From assembly GCA_973895155.1 (NCBI GenBank), contig OZ316891.1, forward strand, positions 29,616,231 through 29,680,230: 64,000 nt of DNA. The letters are read 5' to 3'. The position numbers were made by a program, and so were the translations under genes. Position 1 is the first letter of the stretch, and every line of letters begins with the position of its first letter. Source of the stretch: Marsupella aquatica (lineage: Eukaryota; Plantae; Marchantiophyta). Positions 27,001-37,100 of this stretch are shown piece by piece. Below the pieces are notes generated by a model. That model saw only the letters and a list, made by a program, of their open reading frames with translations, was not told the DNA's origin and made no database searches.

Positions 27001-28213
27001 GGCCATTCGCTTCCAACATTCCCAGCGAAATCAAGTTTTTTTTCATGTCAGGAATGTGTCTGACATTACTCACTGTTCGCACAGCTCCATCAAACATCCA
27101 AATTTTCACGGATCCAATTCCAACAATTTGACAAGGATGATCATTCCTCATCAACACGGAACCGGTTGATACTGAGGAAGAACTAAAAAACTCTTTCATA
27201 CAACAAATATGATAGGTACAGGCACAATCTAAAATCCATTCATCAACGGTGTTACTGGATGAAATGCAAAGGGCAACATCTTGACTTCACAAGATTTCAT
27301 CATCAAGCAAGTCAATCATACCAACATCAGTGGCTGCGTTCGCTGATGGTTGATGAGTCTGCTTGACTCGATAGTCTCTTTTTATGTGGTCGGGCTTGTT
27401 ACATTTCCAACATATAATTGGTTTCCTTTCTAGAGATTTCTCTCTAGACCTGGATCTAGACTTAGATCGAGCCTTCTCCTTGCCTCTATTCTGTGAGGGG
27501 TATGATTATGAAAAGGACCTATTTTCACTAGTCATCCGCTGTTGAGTCCTTCCGCGGTTCACATTCAACACACTGCCAGATGGAAATGGTGTCTGGGTAT
27601 GACCCAGTTTCTTCTGTGCATCATTTGACAGCAAAGAGCTAACCACCTCATCATATGAAATGGTTTTGAGGTCTCTATACAAGAGAACCTGCTTCAAACC
27701 TTGATACGATGGGGGTAAGAAGCTGAGAAGAAGCAATGCCTTATCTTCATCTTCCACTCCCTTGCCAAGATTTGACAAATCTACAACTAGGCTATCAAAT
27801 TCATTCAAGTGATCTCGAAGCTTGCCTCCTTCTTTTAGCCTCAAGCTCATCAAGAGAGATTTCTTGTACAACCGATTTGAGGCATCCTCGCGGTAGTACT
27901 TCTCCCTGAGGGCCTTGAATAAGGATACGCAATCCTCGTAATCGTCCAGCTTCTTAATGATATGCGGCTTCAGATACAACATAACCGCATTCACAGCGAT
28001 CACTTGCTCCTATCTTCATTTCCTCAACGGGATCTCCTCCTCACTGCTAGACTCCTCTCGAGTCGAAATCAGATGATGTAGGCCCATAGCACGAAGAATT
28101 TCCTTAACCTGCTTCTCCCATAACAAATAATCAGTGCGCCCATCATACTTTTCCACCTCAAACTTGACACCTTCAAACTTGGATGTCATTGTTGTCCTCC
28201 CAACGTTCTCCAT
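24044..28213 (-). pseudogene. Copia gag-pol polyprotein broken by stops and frameshifts
   Basis: Fragments are gag (KFEVEKYDGRTDYLLWEKQV, MSLRLKEGGKLRDHLNEF), degenerate Zn knuckle (CWKCNKPDHIKRDY), protease (WILDCACTYHIC) and integrase (CEHCVFGKQ, YVHSDVWGP, FIDDYSRY). RT (LLKSLYGLKQAPRQW, LYVDDILI) and RNase H (GYVDSDYGG, STTEAEY, KHIDIRYHFIR, NPADAFTK) follow. Confidence 0.95.
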
Positions 28214-29910
28214 GTGCTATTGTTGTGCTGCTCCTTATACGCTTTTGTTGCTTTTTCCTTCCTTCCTTCCTTCCCATTGACTCAACTCCAAATAACGAAA
28301 AAATGTTGATTTTTGCAACTTCCCAAAAATCTTAAAAATTTTCACCGCCACGTAGCCTATCAGCCTAGCAAGCCAACGTTGAAATCCGAAATCAAAACCG
28401 AGTTCCGACGAAAAACTTTTTCATGTTTCGGTTGGGATGGGTAAAACTCAAAAATTCTCCCCCATTTTGACCACCTCGGGGAATAACAAAAATGCCAGTA
28501 CCACCCGTCGTCGGATATGAAAATCAATTGGTGCTCCGCCTCGCTAGCTTCAGTGGCTACGTCCTCGCCAAAAAAGATCCAAAAAAGTTACTGTTCGGAC
28601 CTCTGAATCTTTGACTAAAGGCCAAAAAATAGCCCTCTGTATTTTTGGAATATTCTCGCACAGAGTTGGAGGACTCACAAGGGGCGGTTCGCCCTGTTGA
28701 AGCGGTTAATTTGGAGGGCGGCAGGTCCCGGGAAGCGGCATATCCAATAAGAAATTAAAAACTGCCTTTAAGGGGGTGCTAAGCCCCTTAGCATGAAAAT
28801 ACAGGTATAAAGGCGCATCCGCGTCGCCTAGACGCGTGACGGGCCAGGCAGTGTACATGAGGAGCTACGTACGCGGAGAGGGGGCCGGGGAGGAAAAACC
28901 GAGTCGCTGCCGCGACTCGTAAGGCACCTGCCGGAAGGGGAAAGATGGGCGTAAAACTAGGGTGGGGCGCACGGATGGCAGGCCCGGTGGGAGTCGGGGC
29001 GGTACCGGCGGGTGTACAGGGGCGAGTGAGCAGCCGCGGCTACGGCCTCTTTGAAGATGGGCGTACGAGGGGGGAAGAAGGGGCGTGGGGCGAGAAGGGG
29101 TATGAGGGGCCAGGGGGTGTGTATACACACAAAAATGGACTCCCCTTTAAAGCAAAAAATTTACACCACCAAGGAAAAGGAAAAAGAAGGTGTCGCTTCA
29201 CACCTTGCCATTTTGATGAGAAAAGTGCCGCTAACGGAAGAAAAAATGCTTCCAGATTTTACTGGCACCGTCGACAACACCAGCAAAGTAAATACTTCTG
29301 CCGTGTCTTGTTGCCTTTGCTTCAAGTGCCAATCCCGGAATCAAAACGACCACCTCGCCTCGATCTCTCTTTTCAGCCAAAGCACTTCGCGTTTCTTCCT
29401 CTTTGTCGAGCGCTATGACGAGAAATCCCGCTTCAGTCAAAAGAAGACTCCATAGCCGGTCAAAAACTCAGAACGGCCCTTTTGCTCGGTAGTCGCACTC
29501 GTTACACCCTTGACAGCATACCAGCTACCAAAACGATCAGCTTCGCCCGATCTATGATTTGAGCTATAGGTTGTGATGCCTCGCGCACCGCAAAGCTCAT
29601 ACCATTGAGAAAATGATCTCAGGTCCCCCCCGAAAGAATCGTCAAAGAAAACCGTCGAACACGAATCACAAAAAATCCAGAACGATGGAAACGTGAATTC
29701 CTCTACACCACGAACTCCGTTCAGAGATTTCTTTGCACCGTTAGATAGCCCTTGCCCCGATCTACCCGTTGAGCCCAACACCTCCAAGTTCTATGCGACG
29801 GAACTCTGTGAAATCCACCGACTCTAACCGCTAGAAAAAAACCGTCACCAACACGTCACAAAATTTTTGATCACCTCAACGTCACCTCCTAGGCTTGCTC
29901 TGATACCAAT

Positions 29911-30242
29911 TGTTGAACTATAACGTCTTTCGCAATGACCATACAACTATGACTCATTCCATGCACACATAGTCGACACAATCTCTACGTGGTTCACCTC
30001 TTCTCCAAGGCTACGTCCACACAAACACTCAAGCTTTACTTCAAGAGTGGACGAACACACATGCTCTCCCTCTTCCTCAAGTTGCTTCGTTACAATGAGT
30101 AAGCACCACACATGAGCGGCTTACACTAGCCCTGGTATATACAAGGTCACACACGACTAACCTAACCTCAGCTAAGACCCTAACTGTGGTTAGCCTAAGT
30201 GTTGTAACCTTTGAGTCACAAGACTAAGAGCAATCCTTAACA
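29911..30242 (-). repeat. 5' LTR of copia element
   Basis: tgttgaactataacg...gagcaatccttaaca, adjacent to the PBS. Confidence 0.95.
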
Positions 30243-31361
30243 GGGGTGAGGGGTGTGTGTAATGGCCTCCTATATGCATCCTTGCATATGCAGTCCGCAT
30301 ACGTGTTGACCTTAATATGCAACAACTAGCCCAATGTCCGTGTGTTGCACAGAATTTGTCAAGATAAGATAAAGTTTTTGGGGTGAGACAAAGATGTCAA
30401 GGCAAGACAAAAATGTTGAAGCCAGTTTTGATATTGAAGTGAGGAAAATATGTCAAGCTGAGGCAACAAGGTCATGGCAAGGCGAATAATTGCAAGGGAG
30501 ACAAAGAAATGTAGGCAAGGCATGCAAAGAAGCGTTATAATTTTGGTCAGTGTTGTTTTTGTGATAATGTTCTTGTTGGGAGGGCAAAGGTTAGAGCATA
30601 GGGTGATGGAGGCAATAAGAGGGAGTACATTTGTTTTGTCTGTAATTTTAATAAATCAAAATTTACTCACTTTCACTACTATTAAATTTTACAATTAAAC
30701 ATCTGTAATTCTATATTTTTAGTTTTACTTTCCATTTTGGGCAGGTTTGAGTAGGCACGAGGCAGCTTGTGCAGATATTTATATAGGAGGAGTATTTGGG
30801 TTTGTTGTTGTGTGCTGGGGAAAAAGCACACAACAACAAACCAGAAAACAATTCGCATCTTAAAATTAAAAACCGAAGAGGTAAACCCTTTGTAAAAAAG
30901 GAAAGAACTATTTAAATAAGTAAAATATGTTTCCTTGGTTATCCTTGTTTTTTTCTCCCTAGTGTTCATACTCAATGCTAATTGGGTGTAGGTTGTACTC
31001 CGAATACTTGCACTTCCATTAGATTCTTTGGACACATATTCTTAAACAGCGTCTAGGTTTATACACTGTCCTATTGTTATATAACCCCACCACACAACAA
31101 ACTGACAGAATAAAAGTTAGTTAGCAAAGAGACGATTGACTACTTTTTGCAGGATTCACATATAATAGTACTTGATGGTCCACTTAGAGAATATTAGTAT
31201 TGACAGTTTCTCCTAATCATGGATGTGTTAGGCATTTACTTTTAGGTCTAGAGTTACAATTGTAACCATAGTTAGGCTAACCGTAGTTGCAAACTTGGTT
31301 AGGTTAGTTGACCTATGACATTGGTTCTTTCTATAAGTCACTAATTCACAATTTGTTAGTG

Positions 31362-31650
31362 TTTGGAGAATATGGTGTGATTTTTGGAACCATGTTTGAT
31401 GTGATCACCATACCAAACGTTTTGCTCGCATAAGATTTGTAAGTTTGGAGGATATGGTGCGATTGTTGGAAACCATGTTTGATGTGATCACCATAGCTAC
31501 CAAACCATTTGCTCACATAAGATTTGTAAGTTTGAAGGATACGGTGCGATTATTGAAAACCATGTTTGATGTGATCACCATAGCTACCAAACCTTTTTGC
31601 TCACATAAGATTTGTAAGTTTGGAGGATATGGTGTGATTGTTGGAAACTA
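31362..31650. repeat. Tandem repeat, ~82-88-bp unit x3.3
   Basis: tttg(g/a)aggata(t/c)ggtg(c/t)gatt.ttg.aaaccatgtttgatgtgatcaccata...cataagatttgtaag starts at ~31362, 31444, 31531 and 31619. Confidence 0.9.
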
Positions 31651-32850
31651 TTTTTGTTTGGCTATAAAGATGCACTTGGAAGATTTTTACTTTAACACAA
31701 AGAGCATTTTGGGATCCTATGAGGTTACAAGGACTGTATGATCTGGTTCTTTTAACTGATTTTGTAATGTCATAATGCTTCACTGTTGCAACCCTCATGG
31801 ACTGCTCTGAGACTGCTATAATTGTGAATACACCTTTCACATTTTGTCTTATTGATATTTTGTGTCTAGTATTTTTATTTTAATGTGCCTTAACAAGGTG
31901 AATCATTTGTATTAATTTGGTTTTGAATTAACTTTTGTACCACTTTTAATTTTGGTGAACGTAGAGAATTTTGAATATATTTGGCTCCCCTCATAAATAT
32001 TTAGTCTTTCATTTTCAATCACCCCTTAGTGAATTCTCTTTTTTCTCGTTTTTCTCATGAGAGTGCAAGAAATAAATTTGAACAATGTGCACATCTGCTA
32101 TACTAAGTTCCCCTCATGGTTTCCTTTACAAAACTTATGCCTTTAATTGAGTTACTGTCATTACCTAGAAGCAAGTGTACATGTGCACAACTCTTTAGTA
32201 CCTTTGTACTTTCTTGGTCATAATGTGTTTTTCTTTGCATGTGTACTTATGGTTTTTGTGTGTTATGTCACTCACTCTTAATTAACAATATTAATTTCTT
32301 GGCATATACTTTACATGTTCTTACTTCTTTTATCATAAAATAAATTAATTACATATCACTACAAGACCAAAAAAAGAGGCATGTTCCAGGATGAACATGC
32401 TATATGCTATGCTATATGCTTGACTGTTGCAACCCTCATGGACTGCTCTGAAATGCTACTGTTTACCCACTATTTTGGGTGTCAAGTAGTGCTTAGTCTA
32501 TCAATGTTCTAAGGTCAAACACTGTGGTCCATCCAAGCATAGAGTTTGTATTTACACCTCCATATTAAGATTTACACCTCCATATTAAGATGCAAAATGG
32601 ATCCTTGCTTGTATTGATCATGCAAAATTATGTACATCATTTTCACCTTGCCATTTCCCCATACAACCTAGGTTTCCACGGGGAATAGTTTATTTCGCCT
32701 GGCCATTTCCGCTATCACGCAAAAATCTCCCATGGCTGTCACACTCTGTTTCTCCTTACACACATAGCTTAGGTATAAGCATTATAAATATTTCAAGGAA
32801 AATTAAATACTCCATTGAGAGCCCTCACTTGGCTCAGGAACATGCACCTG

Positions 32851-33992
32851 AGGAAGGAAAGGGTTTCCTGGTGGATGCAAGGGCCACGAGAATGGAGAAG
32901 GGATTTTTGGGGATGAATTTCACGTGCATGGTGGACTCCCTGCAGCGATATGAGCTCCCGTCTTCCCATGGCTGCCTCTTTCCACTGCTGTCGAAGATCT
33001 TGGGTTATGTCATCGTGGCCGGGGCCAGTATTGTGAAGCTTCCTCAGGTAACTTTCAAATGAATGTTTGATTTCGTTTCACGGTGTCCTGATGAGGTCGG
33101 GTTTGTACGGGAAAATAGCCCCGATCACAATTCTCTTATCCTTTATTTCTCTGCGTGACTCGTCCAGATAGTTCTATGTTCAATGAGTTTTCATAATTAG
33201 GGTCGTATGGATAGAGGCATGGACTAGTGTGCAGCATCCTGCTAGTGAATTTGGTCATATATGCCAAAGTTCCATTTGATCGACTTCATTGCACGGCAGT
33301 GCATAGAAGGCAGAAGTTGGATTTATGACTACTACACCTCTAGGCTCTTCTTTGTAAGGTTCATGGAAATTCTGAACATTGCTCTGCTCAATCTGAACTT
33401 GGTTGAGTGTATTCTCTACCTTCCTGTTGAATGAATCAGTCGGGGAATTCATCTCTTAGACCTCATGAACAGGTTCTTGCTGTGAATCCTTAAGTACTGG
33501 ATTCCATTCCCGGGATGGTTTTCTCAAGCTAAGATAATGTAATGTAATTTGGACAATCCAATTCTCTCCTTGATTTGGTTAGTCACTGTTTTTTCCTGTC
33601 ATTTCAGATCATCCTCATCTTAAAGAATAAGAGTATCAAGGGCTTGAGTGTGTCATCGTTTGAGCTGGAGGTGGTGGGCTTCACAATTGCTCTGGCATAT
33701 TGCTTATGGAAGCAGCTTCCTTTTTCTGCTTTTGGAGAGCTAGTTTTTCTGCTTTTACAAGGTAGGTTTCTTCTTTTTCATGTCTGTACTTTCTTCTTGG
33801 TTCGCCAAGTCTGTGGTACACCTACCAAGCCACTTGTTCCATTCCATCCAGTAATCTAGATATGAACATAGTAGATGTAGACATCCAGTATGAAGCACAC
33901 CATTGTTGAATTGTGATAGTAGGTCAGACTACGTTGGGACACTGACCGTCGTTTATGTATGTTCCTCTGGGCATATTCTCCGTGCAGGAATT
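32851..33992 (+). pseudogene. MPDU1: Inverted partial duplicate of MPDU1 (41 nt of 5'UTR, exon 1, intron 1, exon 2, intron 2, first 5 nt of exon 3); may be expressed
   Basis: Near-identical reverse complement of 21635-22776. ATG at 32892, exons 32892-33047 and 33608-33761 are open, and splice sites are intact. Homology ends at 33992. Confidence 0.93.
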
Positions 33993-34165
33993 CTCTGGGC
34001 ATATTCTTCGTGCAGTATCTTAGTGGACGTTGCCACCACTCCTAACAACCTGTACAAATGTGCAGCAGCTCTGCTTTTGTAAGAGCTTTTACAACATCCT
34101 CTTGCATAGATTTGATGGCTCACTAGCGGCCATTCTTCACTCGTCCTGAGGCAGAGTTGCCAACG

Positions 34166-37100
34166 ATGTCTCTGAGTCCAATGTGGTCCGGTGGGACTTC
34201 TATGCTGTTCCCACTCCCTAGCAAGCAACGCAAAAGGTCGTTGACAAGGAAAGGAGGAATTCTTTATAGCCTTCAGGCTTTCAAAAGGGGTAGGGTCAGC
34301 AAAGTTGAATTGAGAAACTGTCCACAGCTTCAAGGCTTGGTTTTCTCCCTGAGGGCCTCTGCAGGACGTTTAACAACCGGTTCTTTCCGTAAGTCACGAA
34401 TTTCCTCTCCGACCAGAATTGCGACGCTCCAGGTGCGCTGTTCACAGCACTCGGGAACAAATCCTGCTGCTGATGGTGACAACGGTGGTGACATCACGCC
34501 ATATCCTCGAACTCGTGAGACTACATCATTCCTCTGGGTCTTTGAATGGAGATTTCATGTGCACCTCAGCATAATATGTGACATTTTGATGAGGGCAGAG
34601 ACTTCAACATTTTTTCCTCTCTAAATTCTGTTAAATTTCAGAGGCCACTTACTTTTATAGATCAAAATGAAAACAACACGTTGTGCAGTGTTGTGTAGAG
34701 TGCTTGGTGAGAGAGTGTGTTGGGGGGTAACAATTAAGTAATATGAGTGATTTTAGTGGGGATCATTTGACACCCAGAGTTGAGGACACAAGACCATGTG
34801 ATTCTATTCATCATTCATTTCTGGTTGGGATCTATGCAGGGGGGCTCCTCACAATTGCAGCATTGATTGGATCAGCCACAGCTTTAAGCAAGATATTGGT
34901 AAGGCTGTTAGTTTTCTCTAATTCCAATCCTCTTGCATCTCTCAAAGAATTGTTGTCCCCATGTAGAAGGGGAACACTCCTGACTCCAGAATCCTTTTCG
35001 GATGCAATAACTCTAGGAGACATGCTTACTTGCTCTCGTTAAGATGCCTGTGACATATGTCGTCATTTCATTGGAGGAGTTCTTCGGAAGGGGCAGGATC
35101 TTGCTGCCAACTTCAATTCAGATAGGATCATCAGAACTTCCCTTGAAATAAACTCGATTTTGTGTACTTTTTTCATCCAGGGGCTTGTTCGAGAGACAGT
35201 TTTAGCGGCAGTTTTTGGAGTAGGACCAGTCATCGATGCCTTCAGGTGCGTTTTCCAGCTCATGCTTTGCATTCTACGCAGCCTGCATATATTGGCAAAG
35301 CCGAAAATGTGTGTAGTGGCTTACTGCAATTTGTTTATCGTTACAGAAATGTTGCAATATCACGACTGAGCAAATTTAAAGGAAATAAAGCATTATATGT
35401 GTCTACGTATGTGCAAGTCCACTGTTTTTTAAGTGCGATTTTCTAACATCTATGCAGAGATTCCAACGCTTGACAGCTGACAGTTTACTTCTTACGGTGA
35501 TGCAGCTATTCATCTATAATTCCTGGGTTCTTCCTTACTCTGCTTGGTGGTACGTATGTCAATAAGGGTGTAGACACAGTTTAGCATACCCGTGGATGAC
35601 ATGACGTACGAGGATCTACAATTTAGACTCCACGTTTTATACTTTGAAGGCATTTCAAATATCCGGTCTTGTAATTAAGTTGTTCCTTTTGTCCATGCAG
35701 GGATTAATGGTCCCTTTCACACAGCAGTGGCTGCATCTTTAAGGTGGAAAGAGCTTCGTTTTGGCATTGGTTCCACCTGTACGCTAAAGTGGAAGCTGAA
35801 ACGAGTCCTAATCTATTCACATTATTAGCCTTGTAGATACATATCAGTCTTGTGCCTCAATAAATTTAATGTCCTTCAATAATAGAACTTTGAAACCTAG
35901 TCATTACCATGTCACGGATGTTACTATGCAATTATATGTCACTTCACCCTCTTTGATTCTTCCCCAGCAAGTCTAAAGAATATATTAACAAGCAAGATGA
36001 TGTCTTCCATGGGTTGAATAATTGACGCAGTACCTTATCAGCTTTGAATGGCAATTTGGCTAACAGCGGCTGGCAGTGCTTTCTTATAGTTCTCCCCTGT
36101 TTTGTGTCTATTGCAGCAAGAGACCCAAGAAAGAGGGAAGGGCTTTGGTGCAAAGATTGGGAACCATTACTGGCATGGTGAACTTGGTCTTCTGTCCTTG
36201 CAAATTCTTTTGATGTCCGAGTCAGACATTTTAATTCCACCAGCAAACTTTAAGCCCTGCAGGTTAAGCATGGTTTGTAAACCTTTCTTAAAAATAAGAA
36301 TAAAAAAAAACATACAGGATGGTTGTAGTAGGCAGTTCAAGAGGCTTTGGAACAACGCTATCTTCAGTAGTGAGATGGATACATTGTGCTTTCAGACAAA
36401 GTTGTTATCCAAGGATCCCTGGAGCGATACATATTCAATGCAGGCCGAAGGCTGTTTAGGATCTGAGAGTTATTTTTTGCTTTCTTTGATTGTTACGTCT
36501 GTTGATATCCAGGTTTTTGGAGCGATGAGCTTCGCAATCTTCTTCTTTTCTGCCCCCCTAGTCGATGCCATTGCTCCTGGGTAATTTTATTCACAATTAA
36601 AATATTTAAGAAGGCCAGACGTTCCTTCTTTGATAAAATGAATCTTTGTCTGGCAACAAAAATCCGTTCCTTCTTTGATAAAATGAATCTTTGTCTGGCA
36701 ACAAAAATCATGTTCCTTCTTTGATAAAATGAATCGTTGTCTGGCAACAAAAATCATGTTCCTTCTTTGATAAAATGAATCGTTGTCTGGCAACACATAT
36801 CATGGATGCAAGAAACATTCTGCTTACGGTATTGACGAAACAAGTGCTATTATGAGATACCGGAACAATATATTTGCTGTCCTGGCTTCAAATTTCTATG
36901 AGATCTTGCACCTCGGTCTAACTGCTCTCTTCTCCTTTTTATCATTAGGTTGCTGATTCCAGGTTACCAAGAAGGACTTCTTACCAGAAAGTTGGCTATT
37001 ATTCAGGTACATAGTTGAAGTTGATAATGCATCTCTGATTCCATCATACAGATGTTGCATATAAACATGCACAAGCGACTTATCATCGAAGGCTCCTCCT

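Larger units (their letters stand above)
23508..30242 (-). mobile_element. Full-length Ty1/copia LTR retrotransposon (Tnt1/Tork-like), coding region decayed
   Basis: 332-bp LTRs with TG...CA ends at 23508-23839 and 29911-30242. A tRNA-iMet PBS (TGGTATCAGAGC, - strand) lies at ~29897-29908 and a PPT (AAGGGGGAG) next to 23840. Domain order is gag-PR-INT-RT-RH. Flanks are GGGGG/GGGGT (4/5 TSD match). Confidence 0.97.

Noticed and set aside
32851-33992. MPDU1 copy as a retrogene made by the neighbouring copia
   Set aside because: It retains both introns, has no poly(A) tail and lies outside the LTRs.
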